The translations under genes and the position numbers were made by a program. Positions 1-9,115 of a stretch of 32,000 nucleotides of DNA are shown piece by piece. The notes below the pieces were generated by a model. It saw nothing but the letters and a program-made list of their open reading frames with translations. It made no database searches and had not been told where the DNA came from. This stretch comes from an uncultured Eubacteriales bacterium (GTDB taxonomy: Bacteria > Bacillota > Clostridia > TANB77 > RGIG9151). Location of the stretch: contig CAZXFU010000001.1 in NCBI GenBank assembly GCA_964640345.1, forward strand, positions 1 to 32,000. Direction: 5' to 3'. Position 1 is the stretch's first letter, and every line of letters starts with the position of its first letter.

Positions 1-182
1 TTATGTGTCCTTTTTATTTATTCAATTCGTTCAATTAATTTTACCATTTATATAATTTTGTAAATTTCTCGAAAATTTTTATTTGAATTTCCGTTTTTAA
101 GTTTTGTATAAAATAAATTGTATCATTTTTTGAAAAAATATGATAAAGTTGAAATGAGATTATTATGAATGGAGGAATAGAG

Positions 183-758
183 ATGGCAAAGCTATACTAT
201 CGATATGGTGCAATGGGTTCAAGCAAAACCGCAAATGCTCTTATGGTAAAATACAACTATGAAGAACGAGGTCAAAAAGTCTTGCTTACAAAGCCTGCTA
301 TTGACACACGTGATGGTAAAAAGGTAATAAAATCACGTTGTGGTCTAGAATCTCCGTGCATATTATTCGATGACATCTCTGAAGAAATGCTAAAAGGATA
401 TTCTTGCGTAATAGTAGATGAATCTCAATTTCTAACAAAACAACAAGTCCAGTTCATTGTTCATATTGTAGATGATCTAAATATCCCGGTCGTATGCTAC
501 GGGCTACGTGCAGACTTTAAAGGTGAGCTCTTTGAAGGAAGTTCTTACCTACTTGCTTGGGCAGATAGTATCGAAGAAATAAAAACAATTTGTTGGTGCG
601 GCAAAAAAGCAACATTTAACGCAAGATTTAACTCTAACGGTAAGGTTGTAAAAACCGGTGCACAAGTTGTTTTAGGTGCAAACGACAAGTATATTAGCCT
701 CTGTAGAAAACACTGGTCAGAAGGAAACCTCGGGTCAAATAGGATTGTTCAAAAATGA
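183..758 (+). CDS. tdk: thymidine kinase
   Basis: N-terminal YGAMGSSKT P-loop, VDESQF Walker B, and C-terminal Zn-ribbon cysteines (CWCG...LCRKH). GGAGG lies about 7 nt upstream of ATG 183. The track start at 165 is an in-frame alternative. Confidence 0.92.
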   Translation: MAKLYYRYGAMGSSKTANALMVKYNYEERGQKVLLTKPAIDTRDGKKVIKSRCGLESPCILFDDISEEMLKGYSCVIVDESQFLTKQQVQFIVHIVDDLNIPVVCYGLRADFKGELFEGSSYLLAWADSIEEIKTICWCGKKATFNARFNSNGKVVKTGAQVVLGANDKYISLCRKHWSEGNLGSNRIVQK

Positions 759-807
759 TTTTCCTATTTACTAAAAAAAGAATTGCTAAAAAAGTTAATA
801 AGAGATT

Positions 808-1329
808 CTAATACCTTGAATTACTGCTTGCTTTTGCAATATCTATTGCCTGTATTTCTTCCGCACTCAAATTATACTTTGTTTCTCCTTTTACAAGAGC
901 CTTAGCAAAAATCGATGAACTCTCTCTTGAATATAATCCATTTACAACAACGCCATTATCTTCTGAATCCATTAAAGCCATCGTAAAACTCAAATCACTA
1001 CCTGTATCCCCATACGCATTATATCTAATAAGTCCAACCTTTTGGATACATTTTTTTAAATTAGCCTCTAATCTGTTTATTCTTTCTTCTTGCTCAATTA
1101 CTTGTTTTTTATTTTCATCGACAATCTTTAAATACTCAGACAAAATTTTTTCAACCTTATCCCCTTCACCTAATTTACTCATAAAGTTTTCATATCTCGT
1201 ATTTAGTTGTTTATATGCCTTGCCTACAATAAAGGTTACTACCAAAAAAGCTATCATAAGAACAAAATTAACACTCAAAACCGAAATCACAAAAATCGGA
1301 TTTTGTAAAATCCCCTCCAAAACTCTCAC
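808..1329 (-). CDS. DUF4446-family membrane protein
   Basis: N-terminal TM helix followed by a coiled-coil segment. It sits directly downstream of parB, a conserved position in Firmicutes. Confidence 0.65.
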   Translation of the reverse strand: MRVLEGILQNPIFVISVLSVNFVLMIAFLVVTFIVGKAYKQLNTRYENFMSKLGEGDKVEKILSEYLKIVDENKKQVIEQEERINRLEANLKKCIQKVGLIRYNAYGDTGSDLSFTMALMDSEDNGVVVNGLYSRESSSIFAKALVKGETKYNLSAEEIQAIDIAKASSNSRY

Positions 1330-1336
1330 CTCTTAA

Positions 1337-2200
1337 TTAATACATTTTATCCATGCCGATTATATCCATTATTCTATCTAAATCGTCATTTGAAAAATAT
1401 TCAATAACAATCTTCCCTTTTTCTTTAGATTTCGTAACAATTTTTACTTTTGTTCCTAAATAGTTTTTCATATTCTCTTCAATATTTTTTGCAAAAATGT
1501 CTTCAATCTTTTCTTTTTGGTTAATCTTTTTTCTTCTTCTCATAAGGTTCTCAACATCTCTTACATTAAGCCCTTTTTTCTCTATTAATAACGCTATTTC
1601 ATATTGCTTTTCTTTGTTTTCAATCGGTAAAATTGCCCTTGCATGTGCCTCAGAAATCCTTCCTTCAATTATCATATCTTGCACACGTTTATCCAAACTT
1701 AAAAGTCTTACCGAATTTGCAATTTTAGGTCTGCTTTTTCCTATAACCTCAGCAACCTGTTCTTGTGTCATGTTGTATTCATTAATTAAAGCCTGATAAG
1801 CGTTAGCTTCTTCTATTGAATTTAAATCTTGTCTTTGTAAATTTTCTATTAAAGCCAGCTCTAATAACCTTTGACCATTTATCTCTTCTTTAATATAGAC
1901 AGGTACCGTTGTTAAGCCTGCAAGTCTTGCAGCTCTCCATCTTCTTTCTCCAGCTATAATTTTATATGTATCTCCTTCTTTAGAAACAACTATAGGCTGA
2001 ATCAAACCATTTTCTTTTATCGATTTTGCGAGCTCGTTTATTCTCTCCTCATCAAAAGACTTTCTTGGCTGAGCTATATTCGGCTCTATTTGAGAAATTT
2101 TTAATTCCATTATGGCTTTCTTATTAGATATTTCTTCTATTTGTTCTTCTATTTCCTCTCCAAAAAGAGCCTCTAGTCCTTTCCCTAAACTTTTTTTCAT
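1337..2200 (-). CDS. parB: chromosome partitioning protein ParB/Spo0J
   Basis: N-terminal LGKGLEALFG, ParB box IIAGERRWRAARLAG, and an HTH region. Adjacent to parA. Confidence 0.95.
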   Translation of the reverse strand: MKKSLGKGLEALFGEEIEEQIEEISNKKAIMELKISQIEPNIAQPRKSFDEERINELAKSIKENGLIQPIVVSKEGDTYKIIAGERRWRAARLAGLTTVPVYIKEEINGQRLLELALIENLQRQDLNSIEEANAYQALINEYNMTQEQVAEVIGKSRPKIANSVRLLSLDKRVQDMIIEGRISEAHARAILPIENKEKQYEIALLIEKKGLNVRDVENLMRRRKKINQKEKIEDIFAKNIEENMKNYLGTKVKIVTKSKEKGKIVIEYFSNDDLDRIMDIIGMDKMY

Positions 2201-2201
2201 C

Positions 2202-2978
2202 TTACTTCACCTCTACCTTATTTTTCTTTATTATTAATTTCGCCAAATCTTCATAACATTTATTACCCGCCGACTTTTTATCATAAAGTGCAATTGGTTT
2301 TCCATGACTTGGTGCTTCACTAAGTCTTACATTTCTAGGTATTGAAATAGGAAAGACTTTATCTTTAAAATGCTTTTTTACTTCTTCTGCAACTTCTTTT
2401 GACAGTTTTCTCCTTGATTCATACATTGTTAAGAGAATTCCTTCTACATCAAGATTAACATTTAGCTTTTTCTTTATCAAGTTAACTGTATTTGTTAATT
2501 GACCCAAACCTTCTAACGCATAAAACTCACATTGTATCGGAATTAACACAGAATCTGATGCCGTCAATGCATTTAATGTTATTAGTCCAAGTGAAGGTGG
2601 GCAATCTATTATTATAAAATCAAATTCGTCTCTTATTTCATCTATTGCTGTTTTTAACACATATTCCCTTGCAATCATATTAGCCAGCTCTATTTCCGCA
2701 CCGGCTAGTTCTATACTTGATGGCAAAACAGATAATTTTTTTATTTTTGTCTCTTTTAAACATTCTTTTATTTTTTCTCCGTCTATCATAACCGAATAAA
2801 CATTTTTGTTTTCTTTTGATTTATTTATGCCTAATCCGCTAGTCGCATTTCCCTGAGGATCAGAGTCAATTAGCAACACTTTTTTGTTTTTTAGTGCAAG
2901 TGATGCACTTAAATTTATTGCAGTAGTTGTCTTGCCGACACCACCCTTTTGATTAGTTATTGCAACAACTTTTCCCAT
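2202..2978 (-). CDS. parA: chromosome partitioning ATPase ParA/Soj
   Basis: Deviant Walker A NQKGGVGKTT and IIIDCPPSLG. Its stop abuts the parB start. Confidence 0.95.
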   Translation of the reverse strand: MGKVVAITNQKGGVGKTTTAINLSASLALKNKKVLLIDSDPQGNATSGLGINKSKENKNVYSVMIDGEKIKECLKETKIKKLSVLPSSIELAGAEIELANMIAREYVLKTAIDEIRDEFDFIIIDCPPSLGLITLNALTASDSVLIPIQCEFYALEGLGQLTNTVNLIKKKLNVNLDVEGILLTMYESRRKLSKEVAEEVKKHFKDKVFPISIPRNVRLSEAPSHGKPIALYDKKSAGNKCYEDLAKLIIKKNKVEVK

Positions 2979-3054
2979 AGAATTTCCTCCTTATTTACAA
3001 CGTATATATTCTAACATATCTAAAAACAAAAAAAAAGAAATTTGCGAATTTTTT

Positions 3055-3070
3055 TGTTTCACGTGAAACA
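3055..3070. other. parS centromere-like site (perfect 16-bp palindrome)
   Basis: TGTTTCACGTGAAACA matches the Firmicute parS consensus TGTTNCACGTGAAACA at all positions. It lies just upstream of parA. Confidence 0.9.
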
Positions 3071-3079
3071 GGAAACAAG

Positions 3080-3108
3080 TTGACATAACTGCCGAACTGT
3101 GCTATATT
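3080..3108 (+). promoter_or_regulatory. sigA-type promoter with extended -10
   Basis: TTGACA (3080-3085), a 17-nt spacer, then TGc-TATATT (3100-3108). It lies about 90 nt upstream of ATG 3201. Confidence 0.7.
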
Positions 3109-3134
3109 ATATATGGTTTAACTAATTTCAATTA

Positions 3135-3180
3135 CGAAGCTTTAAGCTTCGGGACGTAAGTACAGTACATTTTATGTACT
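3135..3180 (+). promoter_or_regulatory. 5' leader with two short hairpins
   Basis: CGAAGCT/AGCTTCG (3135-3151, 7 bp) and AGTACAT/ATGTACT (3164-3180, 7 bp, loop TTT). The second hairpin ends 4 nt before the SD AGAGGAGG (3185-3192). Confidence 0.4.
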
Positions 3181-3200
3181 CAATAGAGGAGGATGGTTAA

Positions 3201-4400
3201 ATGTTCAAACCTGAAGGAAAAGATATTCTCGGATGCATAGAGATTTTAAGAGCACTTAATTGCATCCCACGCTGGTCAGCACATGTTGGTTGTCTACAAG
3301 ACAACTACACAGAGGCCGCAAAATTGGCTCTCAACAGCCAAATTTCAGCACTTTTATTTGAACTCGTCGCACATGAGCAAGAGTGCGGCGTGGGATTTGC
3401 GGAGCATCCAAAGGTAAGATTTTACCTTTTGCCTCGTATCGCACTATATCGTGCTTTTGAAAAATACGAGAAGTGTGACCTGTTAGACGAGACATACTCG
3501 AAAATTTTTGAGGACAAGAAGCTAGAAGCTGCATTTATGGAGCATATGAAGAAACAGATAGTTTCTCTAACATCTCCAGAGATGTTAGCTCATATCTCTG
3601 ACCTCGAAGACACATTCGAGATGAAAATCTATAAGGCTGCTACTGCAATAGCAACCTATTATGAGGGACGTGAAATTCAAAAATACGTCTCTCCTGAGAA
3701 ATATGCTGAGATCCAGGAGCGTCAGCTCAAAAGGCTCAGCAAATATAAAGAATTTCCCATAATTAGGGAAATTCTCAACGGTGGTAAAGGAACTGAAGCT
3801 TGCAGGCTTTGTTCCTTTATCGAGAGCTTGTCCACGCTTCGCCACCGAATCCGGTGGGTAAAGCGTGTACCCTTGCGGTGCTATTCCGTACTGGGGCACA
3901 GCTTTGACGTGGCAGTTTATGATTATCTCTTGTCTTTAAGTGTAACTGAAGATCAAGAGATAGCAGAAAGAGGATTTTATGTCGGCCTGTTTCACGACGT
4001 GGCCGAGATATGGACCGGGGATATGCCAAGCCCACTAAAGGACGCCATTCCCGGTCTCAGACGGAAGACCGAGGAGCTTGAAGTCGAAGTCCTCAACTCC
4101 AAGGTATTCCCTTTAATCCCTGAGTGGTTGCGTCTCAAGTTCAAAAACGTGCAACTTGAGATGCTGCCAAACTATCTCAAAAATTTCTACAAGAAGGGTG
4201 ATAGTTTGGCTGCTGTAGTCGAGGCAGCAACACAAATTGCAGCCGGATCTACAGATCCATATTTCAGGAATGTCGTGATCGACGGCTACTTGAAAAAGGA
4301 TACTTCTTTCTCCGTGGAAAGAGATGTACTTAAGGAAATAAGAAAGGAGGCTAAAATACCTTATCTCGCAATAATTGCGAGAAAATTACATAAGAAATAA
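3201..4400 (+). CDS. tandem degenerate-HD / HD-domain phosphohydrolase, YfbR-like 5'-deoxynucleotidase family
   Basis: The C-terminal half has IRW-x13-H233, FH265D266VAEIWTGDMPSPLK and KKGD334, matching the H..HD..D pattern and the 68-residue HD-to-D spacing of E. coli YfbR. The N-terminal half repeats the scaffold (IPRW25...DNYTE-A39) with the ligand residues substituted. Codon usage is foreign (C/G-ending codons). Confidence 0.8.
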   Translation: MFKPEGKDILGCIEILRALNCIPRWSAHVGCLQDNYTEAAKLALNSQISALLFELVAHEQECGVGFAEHPKVRFYLLPRIALYRAFEKYEKCDLLDETYSKIFEDKKLEAAFMEHMKKQIVSLTSPEMLAHISDLEDTFEMKIYKAATAIATYYEGREIQKYVSPEKYAEIQERQLKRLSKYKEFPIIREILNGGKGTEACRLCSFIESLSTLRHRIRWVKRVPLRCYSVLGHSFDVAVYDYLLSLSVTEDQEIAERGFYVGLFHDVAEIWTGDMPSPLKDAIPGLRRKTEELEVEVLNSKVFPLIPEWLRLKFKNVQLEMLPNYLKNFYKKGDSLAAVVEAATQIAAGSTDPYFRNVVIDGYLKKDTSFSVERDVLKEIRKEAKIPYLAIIARKLHKK

Positions 4401-4406
4401 TTTTAA

Positions 4407-4433
4407 AGGCTACCGAAAGGTAGCCTCTTTTTT
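4407..4433 (+). terminator. intrinsic terminator
   Basis: AGGCTACC-GAAA-GGTAGCCT, an 8-bp stem, followed by CTTTTTT. It starts 7 nt after the stop codon. Confidence 0.8.
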
Positions 4434-4456
4434 GTTGGAAATAATAAAATTACACT

Positions 4457-5149
4457 TTATTTTATCTTTCTTCTCGGAAAACTTTTAGGTGTTTCCTTTG
4501 CTTTTTCAATTATTATCATAGTATGCTTTATATCTGTACCGGGCAAAACAATTTCTTCAACTTCAACAACCTTTCCTCCCAAATTTCCTATGTGACTTTT
4601 TGCATCGTCAAGTTCACCTAGATATTCTGATCCTTTCATACAAATAAATCTTCCTCCAACTCTCAAAAATGGCATACAATATTCTGATAGTACCTTCATA
4701 TTAGCTACAGCACGAGCGGTTACAACATCATATTTTTCTCTGTATTCAGGATTCTTTCCAAACTCTTCAGCTCTTCCATGGACAGCAATTATTTTATCTA
4801 ATTTTAATTCGTCAATAATATTATTTAAATATACAATTCTCTTATTAAGTGAATCTAACAACGTAATATTTGTTTCATGTGAAACAATTTTTATTGGTAT
4901 GCCCGGAAAACCCGCACCAGTGCCCACATCTATAAGACTATCCTCTGAATTTATATATTTTAAACAATATAAAGAATCAATAAAATGCTTAGTAATTATA
5001 TCTTCTTCCTCTGTTATTGCCGTCAGGTTAATTTTTTCATTCCATTCAAGCAATAATTGCTGAAACTTTTCAAATTGTTTCACGTGAAACTCATTTAGCA
5101 AAATCCCAACTTTTTCAGCATCTCTTATAAGTTTTTCTTTATTTTTCAT
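4457..5149 (-). CDS. rsmG: 16S rRNA (guanine527-N7)-methyltransferase
   Basis: SAM-binding motif [16 protein letters not shown]. The start at MKNKEK is preceded by AAGGAGGAAG. The longer track ORF (to 5215) overlaps mnmG. Confidence 0.93.
   Translation of the reverse strand: MKNKEKLIRDAEKVGILLNEFHVKQFEKFQQLLLEWNEKINLTAITEEEDIITKHFIDSLYCLKYINSEDSLIDVGTGAGFPGIPIKIVSHETNITLLDSLNKRIVYLNNIIDELKLDKIIAVHGRAEEFGKNPEYREKYDVVTARAVANMKVLSEYCMPFLRVGGRFICMKGSEYLGELDDAKSHIGNLGGKVVEVEEIVLPGTDIKHTMIIIEKAKETPKSFPRRKIK
4871..4886. other. parS-like site (15/16)
   Basis: TGTTTCATGTGAAACA differs from consensus by one central C-to-T change. It lies inside rsmG. Confidence 0.45.
5076..5091. other. parS site (15/16)
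   Basis: TGTTTCACGTGAAACT mismatches the consensus only at the last position. It lies inside rsmG. Confidence 0.7.
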
Positions 5150-7028
5150 TACTTCCTCCTTTTTTTTGCATTGCAATCCATACAAGCAAAACAGATATAT
5201 CTGCTGGTGAAACACCTGAAATTCTGGAAGCTTGTCCTATTGATTCCGGTTTTTGCTTATTTAATTTTTGCCTTGCTTCAAGTGCTAAGCCTTTTATTTT
5301 ATCGTAATTAATATCTTGAGGTAACATTTTTTTCTCTAACTTTTTAAATTGAGCAATCTGAATCATTTGTCTGTTAATATATCCTTCATATTTAACTTGT
5401 ATTTCAACTTGCTCCTGCTCTGCAGAGGTTAAAACAGGTCGTGACTTATCAATTGGTTCCAAATCTTTATATGTTATTTCTGTTCTCCTTAAAAGCTCTG
5501 CTAAGTGAACGCCGGTTGTAATTTCAGATGTACCTTTTTCTCTTAAAATCTTATTTACTTCATCTGTTGGTGAAATAACAGTTTCTTTAACTCTCACGAT
5601 TTCTTTTTCAATGTTTGATTTTTTAATTAAAAACTTCTCGTATCTTTCATCAGAAATTAAACCGATTTCATGCCCTATAGACGTTAATCTCATATCTGCA
5701 TTATCTTGCCTTAAAATAAGTCTGTATTCAGCTCTAGATGTCATCATTCTATAAGGTTCATTAGTTCCCTTTGTTACTAAATCATCAATTAAAACTCCTA
5801 TATACGCTTCGGATCTATCTAATGTAAGAGGTTCTTTTCCTTGTACTTTTTTTGCAGCATTAATTCCGGCAATTATTCCCTGGGCAGCAGCTTCCTCATA
5901 TCCTGAACTTCCATTTATTTGCCCGGCAAAAAACATACCTTCAATATTTTTATGCTCTAATGAACGTTTTAACTGCGTTGGGTTTATACAGTCATACTCA
6001 ATCGCATATGCCGGTCTCATAATTTTTGCATTTTCAAGTCCTTTTATACTGTGATATACTTCATATTGAACGTCCTCAGGCAAACTGGACGACATTCCCT
6101 GAACATACATTTCATCAGTGTTCTCCCCCATCGGCTCTATAAAAATTTGATGCCTTTCTTTATCCGAAAATCTAACAATTTTATCTTCAATAGATGGACA
6201 ATACCTAGGACCTATACCTTTTATATTTCCTGAATATAAAGGAGAACGATATAAATTACTTTTTATAATGTCATGAGTATGTTGATTTGTATAAGTGAGC
6301 CAACAAGGTATTTGCTCTCTAGTTAAATGTTCATTTTCAAAAGAAAACGGTACAATTTCTTCGTCTCCGGGCTGAACTTCCATTTCATCAAAATTAATAC
6401 TTCTCGCATTAATTCTTGCTGGTGTTCCGGTTTTAAACCTAAGCAGTTCAATACCGTTATCAATCAAGGATTTTGATAAGAAACTTGCAGGAAACATCCC
6501 ATCAGGTCCTCCATCATAACTTACATCTCCTAATATTATTCTACCCTTTAGGTATGTACCAGTTGCTAGAACAACAGCTTTGACTCTATATTCTCCACCT
6601 CTGGCTGTTTTTATAGAAACTACCCTTCCTTCCTCGATAACAATATCACTTATCTCAGCTTGGTTTATATCCAAATTTTCCTGTGATTCTAAAGTGTGTT
6701 TCATTTCCATCTGATACTTTCTTCTATCTGCTTGTGCTCTTAGAGAAAAAACAGCAGGACCTTTTGATTTATTAAGCATTCTTGACTGTATAAATGTCTT
6801 ATCCGTATTCTTTCCCATCTCTCCACCAAGAGCATCTATCTCTCTTACCAAGTGTCCTTTAGACGTTCCTCCGATACTAGGATTACACGGCATATTAGCA
6901 ATACTATCTAAATTGATAGAAAATACTATTGTCTTTGCTCCAAGTCTTGCAGAAGCTAATGCAGCCTCACATCCGGCGTGACCTGCCCCAATTACTGCAA
7001 CATCATAATCCCCTATTAAAAAACTCAT
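5139..7028 (-). CDS. mnmG: tRNA uridine 5-carboxymethylaminomethyl modification enzyme MnmG (GidA)
   Basis: FAD-binding motif [12 protein letters not shown], about 629 aa, with conserved mnmE-mnmG-rsmG order. ATG 7028 lies 8 nt after AAGGAG. The track start at 7037 is a GTG alternative. Confidence 0.95.
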   Translation of the reverse strand: MSFLIGDYDVAVIGAGHAGCEAALASARLGAKTIVFSINLDSIANMPCNPSIGGTSKGHLVREIDALGGEMGKNTDKTFIQSRMLNKSKGPAVFSLRAQADRRKYQMEMKHTLESQENLDINQAEISDIVIEEGRVVSIKTARGGEYRVKAVVLATGTYLKGRIILGDVSYDGGPDGMFPASFLSKSLIDNGIELLRFKTGTPARINARSINFDEMEVQPGDEEIVPFSFENEHLTREQIPCWLTYTNQHTHDIIKSNLYRSPLYSGNIKGIGPRYCPSIEDKIVRFSDKERHQIFIEPMGENTDEMYVQGMSSSLPEDVQYEVYHSIKGLENAKIMRPAYAIEYDCINPTQLKRSLEHKNIEGMFFAGQINGSSGYEEAAAQGIIAGINAAKKVQGKEPLTLDRSEAYIGVLIDDLVTKGTNEPYRMMTSRAEYRLILRQDNADMRLTSIGHEIGLISDERYEKFLIKKSNIEKEIVRVKETVISPTDEVNKILREKGTSEITTGVHLAELLRRTEITYKDLEPIDKSRPVLTSAEQEQVEIQVKYEGYINRQMIQIAQFKKLEKKMLPQDINYDKIKGLALEARQKLNKQKPESIGQASRISGVSPADISVLLVWIAMQKKGGSNEK

Positions 7029-7040
7029 TTCTCCCACTCC

Positions 7041-8411
7041 TTACTTACCCAAGCAAAACCTTGAAAATATGCCGTTTATAGTCTCTTCGCTCACATTTTG
7101 CCCTGTAATCGTTCCTAAGTTCTCAAGTATACTCTGTATATTAATTGCTATCATATCGACCGGCAAATCGTCATTTAGAGCCTTGAACGCTGAATCTATC
7201 TCTTTAAGTGCATTTAAGAGTAATTCCTTATGTCTCATGTTTGAAACTATAACATCTTCAGTTGTACTCATATTATTACTTTTCCAAAGTTTTTCAATTT
7301 CATTTTCCAAATCTTCTATTCCAATTTTTGTTTTAGTAGAAATATCCAAAACTCTTTTATCTTTAAAAATATTTTTTACATCCCACTTAGTTTTCAAATC
7401 AATTTTATTTACAATTATTATTGCTTTTTTATTTTTTATAAGATCAATAATTTCAAAATCTTCCTCTGTTAAATCTCTTGAAACATCAAAAACCGCAATT
7501 ATCATATCGGCATCTTCAATTTCCTTTTTTGCTTTTTCTACTCCAATTTCTTCGATTCTATCATCAGTTTTTCTTATACCTGCTGTATCAATTATTCTAA
7601 GCGGTATTCCACGAATATTCACAAACTCTTCAATTGTGTCACGAGTTGTTCCGGGAATATCAGTAACAATAGCTCTTTCTTCTCTTAACAAAACATTCAT
7701 CAAAGAAGATTTTCCAACATTAGGTTTGCCTAAAATAGCTGTTCTAACACCTTCTTTTAATACTCGACCTTCTTCAAAGGAATTACACAATCTTTCAAGT
7801 TCTTCTTTTGATTTAGTTAAAACATTGAAAATTGTTTCACGTGTAACATCTTCAATTTCATGCTCAGGATAATCTATTCCGGCATCTATTTGTATTAAAA
7901 CATCATACAATTTAGTCTGAACATTATTTATCTTTTCCGACAAAAAACCTTCTAACTGAGTGAGAGATATTTTTCTTGCCTTATCGGTCTTCGATGTTAT
8001 TATATCAATAATTGCCTCAGCCTGTGTTAAATCAATTCTTCCATTTAAAAAGGCTCGTTTTGTAAATTCTCCGGGTTCTGCCATTCTTGCTCCGTTTTTT
8101 ATAACTATTTCTAAAATTCTTTGCATTATAACAGTACCGCCATGGCAATTGATTTCTACAATATTTTCCTTTGTATAACTATGCGGTGCTTTAAAAAAAG
8201 AAACCATAACTTCATCAATTTTTTCTTTTCCATCAAAAATATGACCATATTTAATTACATTTGGTAAAGGATTTGAAACATCAAAAAAAGCATCTTTTGG
8301 GCGAAAAATCTTTGACACCACTAAAAATGCTTCTTCTCCACTAATCCTTATTATCCCTATTCCACCAACACCGGGGGAAGTGGCAATAGCAGCGATTGTG
8401 TTTTTTTCCAT
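7041..8411 (-). CDS. mnmE: tRNA modification GTPase MnmE (TrmE)
   Basis: G-domain motifs GKPNVGKSSL, DTAG and NKID, with a C-terminal FCLGK. The start at MEKNTIAAIAT is preceded by GGAG. Confidence 0.95.
   Translation of the reverse strand: MEKNTIAAIATSPGVGGIGIIRISGEEAFLVVSKIFRPKDAFFDVSNPLPNVIKYGHIFDGKEKIDEVMVSFFKAPHSYTKENIVEINCHGGTVIMQRILEIVIKNGARMAEPGEFTKRAFLNGRIDLTQAEAIIDIITSKTDKARKISLTQLEGFLSEKINNVQTKLYDVLIQIDAGIDYPEHEIEDVTRETIFNVLTKSKEELERLCNSFEEGRVLKEGVRTAILGKPNVGKSSLMNVLLREERAIVTDIPGTTRDTIEEFVNIRGIPLRIIDTAGIRKTDDRIEEIGVEKAKKEIEDADMIIAVFDVSRDLTEEDFEIIDLIKNKKAIIIVNKIDLKTKWDVKNIFKDKRVLDISTKTKIGIEDLENEIEKLWKSNNMSTTEDVIVSNMRHKELLLNALKEIDSAFKALNDDLPVDMIAINIQSILENLGTITGQNVSEETINGIFSRFCLGK
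7833..7848. other. parS site (15/16)
   Basis: TGTTTCACGTGTAACA has one mismatch to consensus. It lies inside mnmE. Confidence 0.6.
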
Positions 8412-8470
8412 TGTATTCTCCTTTTTACTATCTTGTCGATATCTCATCATAAATACCGACAATTAGTTTT

Positions 8471-9115
8471 TTATGCCTTTTTTATTACTACTTTTCTAAA
8501 AGGCTCTGTTCCTATGCTAATTGTTGTGACTTTATCATCATTCTGTAATGCTGTATGAATAATTCTTCTTTCATAAGGCGTCATAGGCTCTAAAGTAACA
8601 TTTTTTCCATACTTTACTACATCTCTTGCCTTTTTCTCAGCCAAGCGAATTAATGTTTCCTTTCTCTTTTCCCTATAGTTTTGAACATCTAACTCGATTC
8701 TCTTATACTCACCGGTTTTATTGACAATAACACTTGTAAGTAATTGCAAAGCATCTAGGTTTTCACCTTTGCGACCAATTATCAACCCCAAGTTTTCACC
8801 GTCAATATTTACCTTTATTGCATCATTTTCTTCCTTAATATCATTACTTATGTTAAGCCCCATACATTTTACAATATTATTTATTACTTCATTTACTTTT
8901 TCTTTTTTATCTTCTTTCTTTTCATTTTCTATATGCTTTACTTCTTTAACAGAAACTCTAACCAAAGCCGGCTTTGCACCTATCCCTAAAATTCCCTTAG
9001 TAGGTTCTTCTAAAACCTCTATATCAACCTCGTCTTTAGATACTTTTAACTCTATCAAAGCTTCATTTACAGCTTCTTCAATAGTCTTTGCCGTTTTCTC
9101 AACCTTTTGCTCCAT
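8471..9115 (-). CDS. jag: RNA-binding protein Jag/KhpB (KH + R3H)
   Basis: Contains KH-like and R3H (ERRIIHTAL) segments. It sits in the conserved position after yidC. Confidence 0.88.
   Translation of the reverse strand: MEQKVEKTAKTIEEAVNEALIELKVSKDEVDIEVLEEPTKGILGIGAKPALVRVSVKEVKHIENEKKEDKKEKVNEVINNIVKCMGLNISNDIKEENDAIKVNIDGENLGLIIGRKGENLDALQLLTSVIVNKTGEYKRIELDVQNYREKRKETLIRLAEKKARDVVKYGKNVTLEPMTPYERRIIHTALQNDDKVTTISIGTEPFRKVVIKKA

Noticed and set aside
3135-3151. Twin HindIII sites (AAGCTTTAAGCTT) in the HD leader, and an EcoRI site (GAATTC, 10831-10836) between SD and ATG of the orphan ORF, as possible cloning scars
   Set aside because: Six-bp sites are expected by chance. GAATTC also occurs inside dnaA at about 19386 and AAGCTT occurs inside coding regions. 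I cannot infer engineering from this alone, and I mention it only as a caveat.
3988-4002. parS-like half-site TGTTTCACGACGTGG inside the HD gene
   Set aside because: A 2-nt insertion breaks the palindrome, so it is not a 16-bp parS. The sequence simply encodes the F-H-D-V catalytic motif.
3331-4035. Three antisense ORFs (67, 104 and 72 aa) inside the HD gene
   Set aside because: They are shadow frames expected opposite a higher-GC coding region. They have no SD or promoter and low-complexity, Arg/Pro-rich translations. The sense frame carries clear HD-family motifs.
5205-5216. GGTGAAACA half-site resembling parS in the mnmG 3' region
   Set aside because: Only one half of the palindrome is present.
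7069-7872. A 267-aa antisense ORF inside mnmE. Similar antisense ORFs occur inside parB, jag, pcrA, hydB and hydA.
   Set aside because: Their Ser/Ile/Phe-rich, low-complexity translations are typical of the reverse frame of AT-rich genes. The opposite strand encodes unmistakable conserved proteins.
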